Virus record (IMG/VR): IMGVR_UViG_3300038675_000850
Coordinates: 1 to 54,849 of that record
Source of the DNA: a virus
Taxonomy: Duplodnaviria > Caudoviricetes
DNA length: 54,849 bases
Reading direction: 5' to 3' (one strand)
This document shows positions 47,170 through 54,849 of this stretch, in pieces. The position numbers and the translations under genes are program-made. Position 1 is the first letter of the stretch, and each line of letters begins with the position of its first letter. Under the pieces are notes generated by a model. That model ran no database searches. It was given only the letters and a program-made list of their open reading frames with translations, and was not told the origin of the DNA.

Positions 47170-47540
47170 TGGCGGCTTTTTTTGGGCATGCGGTTTTGGT
47201 CACAACCTCTGTTGCGGCCGACCAAGAAATTTACTCATACACCGCCCCGTCTCCCTTGACCATGAAGTTCTTGAGCATGGGAGCGGCATATACGTCTTAC
47301 AATGCCACTGAAGCATATCTGGGATTTGCTCGGTTGCAGATTGATACGGGCGGAGGGTGGGAAACCTGTGACAGGTCTCCCGCTTTCGTTAATACAGACC
47401 TTGACAACAACAACCCGCTGATTATTCGGCCCTTGGGAGCCGGTCAGGTGTTGGCGACAGGGAGCAAAATAAGGGGAATTTGCACTCCATCGACATCGAC
47501 AAGCATACGATGGACAACCTGTGTGTGGGGAGATTTATGA
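47169..47540 (+). CDS. Ser/Thr-rich beta protein, paralog 2
   Basis: Start overlaps the stop of paralog 1; shared motifs. Confidence 0.6.
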   Translation: MAAFFGHAVLVTTSVAADQEIYSYTAPSPLTMKFLSMGAAYTSYNATEAYLGFARLQIDTGGGWETCDRSPAFVNTDLDNNNPLIIRPLGAGQVLATGSKIRGICTPSTSTSIRWTTCVWGDL

Positions 47541-47878
47541 GAAACTGTGTGGAGCTTGAAAGGGTGTGGAGAGACAAGGGCCTTCTCGCTGAAATAAAAA
47601 GCGAGATTGCACGGCAGGCGATGGTTAAATGGAGGGCTTGGGAGATTCTGCTCCCCCCAGACCTCCTGTGGCCCATGATTTCGGAAATCTCAGAGGGGAT
47701 GATGACCGAGTGGTCGCCTACTCTCTGCGGGGCAGGGGTACAGGTTGGGGAGCAGAATGAAATTGCAATCCGGTTCGTTCTTCCCGACATGAACCCGTCT
47801 CCGGTTAAAAAACAGACCATGAAGTATGTCCCACGAAAAGCGGACGACATTATTCCGGTTGGAGTTTCTGTTCAATGA
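47537..47878 (+). CDS. Hypothetical protein
   Basis: ATGA-coupled on both sides. Confidence 0.55.
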   Translation: MRNCVELERVWRDKGLLAEIKSEIARQAMVKWRAWEILLPPDLLWPMISEISEGMMTEWSPTLCGAGVQVGEQNEIAIRFVLPDMNPSPVKKQTMKYVPRKADDIIPVGVSVQ

Positions 47879-48309
47879 GCATAAGGTTCGAGTCCAATTT
47901 CCAGAGAATCGCCGGTGTTGCCCCATACACCGTGGCGGACATTAACCCTCTTGAGAGATGGTTCCGTGTCCACGAATGGCAAGTGGATGAGGGTTTCACA
48001 GGGAATCTGTTGATGGTCATGTTGAATGTCGAGCCTCAGTTCTCCCCTCCTGCAACGGTTAACTATGGATGGATGAGGGTTCTGGCTGTCACAGACACCT
48101 CTGCGGTTAAATGGAATACTGTTTTTGAAAGGAAAATGATAGGGGCCGTTCTGTCTGCAAAACAGTTCACTCCAAGATTGGTGATTATTCCTGTCGGGTC
48201 TGGTCTTTTGTTTACCGCAGGGCAGGGGCTTATGACCAAGGCTCTTTGTGCAAGCACCACTTCGTACCGTTGGTGGAGTTGCTATGTAATTGATGCGGAG
48301 GCGGCATAA
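47875..48309 (+). CDS. Distant paralog 3 of the 46804/47169 family
   Basis: C-terminus IIPVGSGLLFTAGQ...CASTTSYRW matches PLGSG...TSMRW. Confidence 0.55.
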   Translation: MSIRFESNFQRIAGVAPYTVADINPLERWFRVHEWQVDEGFTGNLLMVMLNVEPQFSPPATVNYGWMRVLAVTDTSAVKWNTVFERKMIGAVLSAKQFTPRLVIIPVGSGLLFTAGQGLMTKALCASTTSYRWWSCYVIDAEAA

Positions 48310-49163
48310 TGGCCGGAGCTGTTCATTACGGTGAAAAAACTTTCGATGATATTTCCATGTTTGGAGACAATAGCAACCGAGTGGATGACGTCATGGCTAC
48401 GCCTTCAATCGGCCAGGCTTCAATCGTGAGATACCGGATTCCGGATGACAACGATGCGACAATCAACTGCATGGCGATGTCCTGTGATTTCAGAGGAAGG
48501 CTTCTTTCCGGAGCATATAATAGGGCCCAAGACGGGGCACAGATTCAGGTCAGGGTTGATTCCACCATATATTACGAGCAGAAATTCAACTGGACGGGGT
48601 TGTCTGGGTACATCGGTGGAGCGGATGACTATAATTCAGAATCAGAAATTATGATGTCATTGTATGATATGGCGTTCGCTTCTGGTACGGTCATCGACCT
48701 GTATTTCACAGGGAAGACTCTGGTGCGGAGGATGGTTTATATCACCATCTTCGGGACTCTTGATGACGGTACTGTTATCAACACGGCGATAAGACAGGCG
48801 GTTGACGGGACGACCGCTACGGCGATTTCGGTTTACACCGTCCCGTCAGGCAGGACGCTTTATTTAAGGAGCATCACGATTTCCACCAGACACATTGACC
48901 TGTTCGCAGGGAAAGGGTATTTCGTGTATAATGGTATTCCGGTCATGGTGTTTGATGTGGCACAGACGGAGCTTGGCGGAGTTTATGGTCTCGTGTTCCC
49001 CTTTTATTCTCTGCCCATGAAGGAGACGTCCTCTATCGGATTCAGGCTTGATTCTTACGAGTGCGGGAACGAGGTTATTGCGGCGAGCGTTTATTCCACG
49101 GAAACCCCGATTTCTTCCGGAGGATTTTCTGGTGTATCAAGAGCAAGGGTGGTGAACCAATGA
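48309..49163 (+). CDS. Hypothetical beta-rich virion protein
   Basis: YTVPSGRTLYL motif; located in the head module. Confidence 0.5.
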   Translation: MAGAVHYGEKTFDDISMFGDNSNRVDDVMATPSIGQASIVRYRIPDDNDATINCMAMSCDFRGRLLSGAYNRAQDGAQIQVRVDSTIYYEQKFNWTGLSGYIGGADDYNSESEIMMSLYDMAFASGTVIDLYFTGKTLVRRMVYITIFGTLDDGTVINTAIRQAVDGTTATAISVYTVPSGRTLYLRSITISTRHIDLFAGKGYFVYNGIPVMVFDVAQTELGGVYGLVFPFYSLPMKETSSIGFRLDSYECGNEVIAASVYSTETPISSGGFSGVSRARVVNQ

Positions 49164-50659
49164 TAGTTAAGCAATCTACTGCTCGCAACAGAATGATCTT
49201 CATGGCTTCCAGTACTGACCATATCACCGGAGCCACCGGATTGACTTTGACCATAACAGCATCAAAGAATGGAGGAGCTTTTGCCTCCATTGCTCCGGTT
49301 GTGACTGAAAGAGGAAATGGATGGTATAATCTGGCCTTGACGGCAGCTATGCTTGATACCCTGGGAGATTTTATTGTTCATGCGGAAGCCACCGGGGCAG
49401 ATCCTTCTGAGCTTCCCATGGAAGTGGTTGCCTACGATCCTCAGTCTGGTACCAATCTTGGTCTTTCCAATCTGGACGCTACAATATCATCTATTGCCGC
49501 CAGCGTTTGGGGATATGGATCCCGGACTCTTTCCAGTTTTGGAAGTCTTGTTTCTGATATAGCAACAGCTGTATGGGGATCTGGAACCAGAACCTTGACA
49601 AGCTTTGGTACTTTAATTTCTGATATATGGGCTTATGGAACCAGAACCTTGACGGCTTTTGGATTCAATGTCACAGTGGCTACAAATAACGACAAGACGG
49701 GGTATTCCCTCTTGACGACTCCTCCTACGGCTGTCCAGATTCGCCAGGAAATAGACTCCAATTCCACAAAGCTTGATGTAGCAGTATCCACAAGATCTAC
49801 CTTGACTGCTTCTGATGTCTGGAATTATGCAACCAGAACCTTGACAAGCTTTGGTACTTTAATTTCTGATATATGGGGTTATGTGACCAGAACCTTGACC
49901 TCTGCTTCAGGGCCTACGAAAGAAGAGATCAGAACAGAGATCGATAATAACAGCACGAGGCTTTCTGCTATTCAAACCACTACTGACAAAGTATCTGGAA
50001 TGATTGAGAATGCCGGGGCGTACAATAGATTTACCACCCATGCCCTTGAACAGGCTCCTTCTGGTGGTGGAGGGATGACTGGGAGCTATCTTTTAACTAT
50101 AAATACAAAAGATTCTGGTGGGGCTAATGTTGTGGAAGCTTCTGTGGAGCTCCTTGATTCTTTGGGGACTACTCTTTATGAGAGAAAGCTTTCCAACAGC
50201 TCAGGCCAGGCAGTTTTCAATGCTGATGACGGGGTTTATATTGTCAGAATTCACAAAGCTGGATATTCTTTTTCCTCAGCTTCTGTGACCGTGGCAGGAT
50301 CCTCTTCAGAGCATTTTTTTATTGGGACAGCTCTTGTGATTCCTTCTCCTTTGGATCCTGATCTTTGCAGGTGTGCTATGTATCTACGATATCAGGATGG
50401 GACCATCCCTCAGGAGATTCAAGCGTACACTGAATTGATCGATCTACCTTTTGTAGAAGATAATTCTGCTTATTCCGGCATCCGTTTTGCTGGGGTCTAT
50501 GACATTTCTACTGGACTCATTTACTGGGATATCAAAAGAGGAGCCACGGCTGCTTTGACTATTGTGGATCTTGGAATTGATAGAATGAAGTTTGTGGTTC
50601 CTGATCAAGCTACAGCAGAATTTGTTGATCTGATAGATTTTGAAGAATACGGAGGATAA
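49160..50659 (+). CDS. Ser/Thr-rich repeat virion protein with a carboxypeptidase-regulatory-like beta-sandwich
   Basis: SKNGGAF...ERGNGWY N-domain; five W...(T/S)RTL(T/S) repeats; SNSSGQAVF..DDGVYIVRIHKAGY. Confidence 0.6.
   Translation: MIVKQSTARNRMIFMASSTDHITGATGLTLTITASKNGGAFASIAPVVTERGNGWYNLALTAAMLDTLGDFIVHAEATGADPSELPMEVVAYDPQSGTNLGLSNLDATISSIAASVWGYGSRTLSSFGSLVSDIATAVWGSGTRTLTSFGTLISDIWAYGTRTLTAFGFNVTVATNNDKTGYSLLTTPPTAVQIRQEIDSNSTKLDVAVSTRSTLTASDVWNYATRTLTSFGTLISDIWGYVTRTLTSASGPTKEEIRTEIDNNSTRLSAIQTTTDKVSGMIENAGAYNRFTTHALEQAPSGGGGMTGSYLLTINTKDSGGANVVEASVELLDSLGTTLYERKLSNSSGQAVFNADDGVYIVRIHKAGYSFSSASVTVAGSSSEHFFIGTALVIPSPLDPDLCRCAMYLRYQDGTIPQEIQAYTELIDLPFVEDNSAYSGIRFAGVYDISTGLIYWDIKRGATAALTIVDLGIDRMKFVVPDQATAEFVDLIDFEEYGG
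49585..49877 (+). repeat. Exact 47-bp direct repeat (49585-49631 and 49831-49877)
   Basis: aaccagaaccttgacaagctttggtactttaatttctgatatatggg occurs twice, encoding TRTLTSFGTLISDIW. Confidence 0.85.
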
Positions 50660-50664
50660 TAACT

Positions 50665-51048
50665 ATGTTTTTTACCCAGGATTTCACCGGACCAAGTCGT
50701 CTTCAGCAGTTTTCTTTTTTCTCAAAAGGATCTGCGATAGGATCTTTCATAAGTGAGGTAGTTCAGCTTGGTGAAAGATGGTACCTGCAGGAAGTCAGGC
50801 TGCATTTCAGTACAGCAATGGGAAGCGTGAAGTATATTGTGGCCAAGATCAGCGCCAACGTGGCTGCCTTCTCGTCTTTTAACACCCTCATCCAGTCAGA
50901 TTCCCTGAATGGCCTTCAGGACTACCGGCTGTACTGGTCAGCTCCATTATTTTTTGCCAGCTGTCAGGATCTTGTCATAGAGGCAAGCGTTCTTTCGGTG
51001 GCAAACGAGTATGGACTTCAGGTCATAGGCTGGGCAGTCATAGACTGA
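50665..51048 (+). CDS. Hypothetical protein
   Basis: GGAGGA RBS; lies before the portal gene. Confidence 0.6.
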   Translation: MFFTQDFTGPSRLQQFSFFSKGSAIGSFISEVVQLGERWYLQEVRLHFSTAMGSVKYIVAKISANVAAFSSFNTLIQSDSLNGLQDYRLYWSAPLFFASCQDLVIEASVLSVANEYGLQVIGWAVID

Positions 51049-51058
51049 GGAGGCTTCA

Positions 51059-52429
51059 ATGTTTGGATTTATAAAAAGTACTTTTAGGAGAGTGAAGGGG
51101 GCAGTATTCACTGGAGCTGCCTATCTCTCCACGGGTGGAGCCTCCTGGACCCCAAGAGACTACGACAACTTTGCCAGAGAGGCGTATCTAAAAAACATTA
51201 TCGCCTTTAGATGCATTGATTTGATTGCTAAATCAGTAGCATCTGTGGAGTGGTGTTTGAAGAAAGATGATCCTTCCAAGGAAGATGAAAAAGTGGAGGA
51301 TCCAAAACACTCTTTCAATCTGGTTTTAAAGAGACCAAACCCCAAGCAGAGCTGGAGAACTTTAATTTACTACGCAATGTCGTATTATCTTTTGACCGGG
51401 AATGCCTTTATAAGTAGGGTGAGCTTGTCCGGAGGAATAAACCGGGGGAAGGTCAGGGAGCTTTATTGTCATCGGCCTTCACAAATAAGTATGGAAACGG
51501 ACACCGCCTCTGGAGATATTACTGCCTATAAATATCAGCAGACAGCTCAGATAACGAAGAAGTATGAGGTGGATCCTATAACTCAATCATGTGATATGCT
51601 TCAAATAAAGACCTTCAATCCTCTTGATAACATATGGGGACTCGCTACTGTGGAACCTGCTGCAAGAGAGATTGATACCAATAATGCCGCGGTGGATTGG
51701 CACAAATCTCTTCTGGAAAATCAAGCCCGTCCAGGAATGCTACTTCTTTTTGAGAGGGCAATGACTGACTCTCAGTACCAAAAGCTCAAAGAAGATATAC
51801 GAAATGACAGAGAAGGGGGAAATAATGCCGGCAAATCCCTCATTCTGGAAGGGGCAAGAGATGTCAAGCCGTATGGATTTTCACCCACAGAGATGGATTT
51901 CATTGAAGGAAACCGGGACAAGGCACGAATGATCGCAGCAGCTTTTGGAGTTCCTGCACAGCTTCTTGGCATTAAAGGGGATTCCACTTTTGCAAATTTT
52001 GAACAGGCCCGGACTATTTTTTGGGAGGATACGGTCATTCCTTTTGTTGGAATGCTTAAAGAAGAACTGAATGCCTGGCTTTTCTTTGATGATCCTTCCG
52101 GGGTGGAGCTGGAGTATGAGCTGGAACATGTTCCTGCTTTGTCTTATAGAGAAGCAGAGCGGTGGAAGAGGGCTAACGAATCCACTTTCATCAATACAAA
52201 CGAAAAGAGAGAACTTGCTGGCTATGATTCGATAGGTCCGGCAGGAGATACCATTCTTATTTCAGCAGCCGTGGTTCCTTTGGATGATAATACTTTTGCT
52301 CCTGTTGATGAATCTCTGGGAGGAAATGGAAATGAAGGAAATACCAATGGACAAACTGATGGTGGAGATGATTCTGGAAATAATGGCCAAGGCAGTGGTG
52401 ATGGTGATAGTTCTGATTCTGGTAATTAA
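51059..52429 (+). CDS. HK97-family portal protein
   Basis: RPNPKQS, LLTGNAF, NQARPG, EMDFIEG, IAAAFGVPAQLLG, TFANFEQA, NEKRELAGY. Confidence 0.95.
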   Translation: MFGFIKSTFRRVKGAVFTGAAYLSTGGASWTPRDYDNFAREAYLKNIIAFRCIDLIAKSVASVEWCLKKDDPSKEDEKVEDPKHSFNLVLKRPNPKQSWRTLIYYAMSYYLLTGNAFISRVSLSGGINRGKVRELYCHRPSQISMETDTASGDITAYKYQQTAQITKKYEVDPITQSCDMLQIKTFNPLDNIWGLATVEPAAREIDTNNAAVDWHKSLLENQARPGMLLLFERAMTDSQYQKLKEDIRNDREGGNNAGKSLILEGARDVKPYGFSPTEMDFIEGNRDKARMIAAAFGVPAQLLGIKGDSTFANFEQARTIFWEDTVIPFVGMLKEELNAWLFFDDPSGVELEYELEHVPALSYREAERWKRANESTFINTNEKRELAGYDSIGPAGDTILISAAVVPLDDNTFAPVDESLGGNGNEGNTNGQTDGGDDSGNNGQGSGDGDSSDSGN

Positions 52430-52441
52430 GGAGCGGAAGCC

Positions 52442-53212
52442 ATGATCAATCTGGGAAGTAAAGTAGCCAAGGTCAGAATGCTGTTTTATATAGACCGGCA
52501 AATGTCGGCTTTGGAAACCCCATACAGTAAAGCGATAAGTGGGGTTCTGAGAAGGCAGGCAGAGGTCATGGCAAACTTTCTGGAGCTTGGTTCCAGGGAT
52601 ATTGACCATGTTCTTGGTATTACTTCAGGGGACATGTTAAAAATTTATCAATCTTATTATAAAAGGATTTACTTTTTATTCGGTCAAATTATATTTGACA
52701 TTATTGAGAAAAACAAATCCTTTTCCGCGTTTGAGATCAAAGGAACTATGCGGGAATCCTTCTACGACTCAATGATGCGTTGGGCTCAATCTCAGATGGG
52801 TCAGAAAATAGGCAAAGTAAACGCCACGACCAAAAAGAAGATTGCTCAGATCATTGAAGAAGGAATGATAGAAGGAATCAGTAACAGAGAAATAGCAAAA
52901 CAGATTTTGAGCTGGAGTGAAATATCTTCCTTGGCGAGGGCAATGAGAATTGCCAGAACTGAGACTCACACAGTAGCAATGAAAAGTACTCAAGAGGCTA
53001 TGCAGACAACCCGCATGGGATATGACAAAGAGTGGATAGCTGCGGGAGATGATCGTACCAGAGAGGAACATTACATTGCGGATGGTGAGGTGGTTCCTAA
53101 AGATGAACCATTCATGGCAACCGGAGAGCCGTTGATGTTCCCAGGAGATCCGGGAGGAAGTGATTGGAATGTGATAAACTGCAGGTGTATAGAAGTATAC
53201 AATATTCGTTGA
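52442..53212 (+). CDS. Mu gpF / SPP1 gp7-like minor head protein
   Basis: RAMRIARTET, KEWIAAGDDRTREEH, FPGDP, INCRC. Confidence 0.9.
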   Translation: MINLGSKVAKVRMLFYIDRQMSALETPYSKAISGVLRRQAEVMANFLELGSRDIDHVLGITSGDMLKIYQSYYKRIYFLFGQIIFDIIEKNKSFSAFEIKGTMRESFYDSMMRWAQSQMGQKIGKVNATTKKKIAQIIEEGMIEGISNREIAKQILSWSEISSLARAMRIARTETHTVAMKSTQEAMQTTRMGYDKEWIAAGDDRTREEHYIADGEVVPKDEPFMATGEPLMFPGDPGGSDWNVINCRCIEVYNIR

Positions 53213-53226
53213 GCTGAGGTGGCGAA

Positions 53227-53880
53227 ATGGAAAAGCTTGATTTCGGATTTGAGATAAAAGAAGCGGACATCAAAGAGGATGGTACTTTTGAAGGATATGG
53301 ATCTACTTTTGGAGGCATCCCCGATGCCTATGGCGATGTGATTGCTCAGGGGGCTTTTCGGGCCTCTCTTCAGAAGGGAGGAAGAAACGGAAATGGGATA
53401 GCTCTTCTATGGCAACATAATCCTGATCAGCCTATTGGTATATGGAGGAGTATCACTGAGGATAGCAAAGGGCTTGCTGTTTCTGGCAAGCTTGCCAGAG
53501 AAGTTCGTCAGGCAGAGGAAGCTTACATTCTGTTGAAGATGGGAGCCCTCAAAGGGATGTCCATTGGATATGATACTGTAGAGTATGAATTTAACAAAGA
53601 CACCAAGATCAGAACATTAAAAGAAGTTAATTTGTGGGAGATTTCCCTTGTGACCTTTCCCGCAAACGTCAGTGCCACCGTGACCGGAGTAAAAGCTCTG
53701 GAAGAAGCAAAGAACATCCGTGATTTTGAACGAATCCTGCGAGAGGCTGGATTAAGTTCAAGACAGGCGGTATACATCTGCAGTCTCTGTAAAAGCCATT
53801 TCGATAATCGCAGTGAGTGTGATAAATTGACAGTGGCTTCTGCTTTTCAAGCAGCTCTGGCAGAAGTAATGCCAAACTAA
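53227..53880 (+). CDS. HK97-family prohead protease
   Basis: FEGYGSTF, LLWQHN, GMSIGY, LWEISLVTFPAN. Confidence 0.95.
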   Translation: MEKLDFGFEIKEADIKEDGTFEGYGSTFGGIPDAYGDVIAQGAFRASLQKGGRNGNGIALLWQHNPDQPIGIWRSITEDSKGLAVSGKLAREVRQAEEAYILLKMGALKGMSIGYDTVEYEFNKDTKIRTLKEVNLWEISLVTFPANVSATVTGVKALEEAKNIRDFERILREAGLSSRQAVYICSLCKSHFDNRSECDKLTVASAFQAALAEVMPN

Positions 53881-53900
53881 TTTATCAAGGAGGCTTATCA

Positions 53901-54849
53901 ATGGCCGAACTCGAAGACATAATCAAAAACAGTAACGAGCCTGAAGTGGTTCGTGCAGTTGTAACACAGATCAAGGCGTATGGTGATTCCACAAAGAAAA
54001 ACTTTGATGATCTTCGTAGAGAATATGAAGAACTCAAGAAGACCGTGGACTCCGGATTTTCTGATGCCACCCAGGAAGCCAAATTCAAAAAGCTTTCTGA
54101 GGCAATCATAACAAGGCAGCAGGCACTGGATGAGGCAATCCAGAAAGCTTCAGCAGATCTGACGAAGAGAACCGATGATCTGGAACTTGCCTTCAAGCGT
54201 CCAGGGGCAGGGGGCTCCTCTTCCCATTCCGAAAAAGACTTTCTGGAGGCAAAATCCTTCCTGCATTCCATTGATGCGGTGAAAGGTACCGGATCCCGCG
54301 TGGACATTCCGGATTCTGAAGTGGATCCCGCCGCTCTCAAAACCTACGCAAAGCTGATGCAGAAATACATCCGCTTTGATGAGAAAAGGCTTGATGAAGT
54401 GGAAAGAAAAGCCATGCTGGTTGGTAGTGACCCTGATGGTGGTTACGTAACGGTTCCCCAGATGGCTTCCGCCATTCTCTCCAGAATGTTTGAGATGGAT
54501 CCCCTCAGAGCTCTTGCTTCTGTAGAGACCATTTCAACTGGGGCCATAGAGTGGCTGGTTGACTGGGATGAGACACAGGCGTCCTGGGAAGAGGAAACAA
54601 AGACCGTGGATGCTGACACCCCCACTGCCAAGCTTGGCAAGAAAAGGATTGCGGTGTTCCCTCTGGCAGCTCGTCCCGCAGCCACCCAGATTCTTCTGGA
54701 AGATGCCTCAATTAACATTGAGAGCTGGCTGTCCGCAAAAGCAGCTGATAAATTCTCCAGAGTGGAGGCTCCGGCCTTCGTGACCGGGAATGGAGTGGGA
54801 AAGCCGAGAGGATTCCTTACCTATCCGAACTACTCCTCCAGTGGAGTGG
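53901..54849 (+). CDS. HK97-fold major capsid protein (3'-truncated)
   Basis: AGGAGG RBS; coiled-coil delta domain, then KAMLVGSDPDGGYVTVPQ; open to the window end. Confidence 0.9.
   Translation, partial: MAELEDIIKNSNEPEVVRAVVTQIKAYGDSTKKNFDDLRREYEELKKTVDSGFSDATQEAKFKKLSEAIITRQQALDEAIQKASADLTKRTDDLELAFKRPGAGGSSSHSEKDFLEAKSFLHSIDAVKGTGSRVDIPDSEVDPAALKTYAKLMQKYIRFDEKRLDEVERKAMLVGSDPDGGYVTVPQMASAILSRMFEMDPLRALASVETISTGAIEWLVDWDETQASWEEETKTVDADTPTAKLGKKRIAVFPLAARPAATQILLEDASINIESWLSAKAADKFSRVEAPAFVTGNGVGKPRGFLTYPNYSSSGV

Noticed and set aside
49500-49900. Direct repeats as a CRISPR array or DGR template/variable region
   Set aside because: They are in-frame protein repeats; there is no cas gene, no reverse transcriptase and no adenine-specific mismatch pattern
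4512-54783. Many antisense or overlapping ORFs in the ORF track (e.g. 4512-5246 -, 10869-11429 +, 36334-36858 +, 53885-54340 -)
   Set aside because: They are shadows of well-supported genes on the opposite strand or frame and have no recognisable motifs

Overview
The whole window is one tailed dsDNA phage, probably a myovirus, seen as a permuted or partial genome. It has a Mu-like baseplate and tail-fibre module (+, 1-8594) and a ~34 kb minus-strand early/replication block (8615-42668). A plus-strand block holds terminase, lysis-like genes, putative decoration proteins and an HK97-type head (42840-end, capsid gene truncated). No integrase, tRNA, CRISPR array or host genes were recognised. Two systems stand out. 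(1) A phage-borne nonulosonic (pseudaminic-acid-like) sugar pathway (PseB, PseC, PseH, PseI and SpsF/PseF-like genes plus a Gfo/Idh/MocA enzyme) ends in a Maf/DUF115-TPR protein, suggesting a phage protein-glycosylation system. (2) A 7-deazaguanine DNA-modification cluster (queD, queE, queC, PRTase-folE fusion, dpdA-like) is accompanied by five unannotated 49-59 aa ORFs (plus a possible sixth of 68 aa) that resemble the DpdA N-terminal segment. The DpdA catalytic core also has its own internal RBS, suggesting interchangeable N-terminal modules. All calls come from motif recognition and manual translation; no database searches were run.
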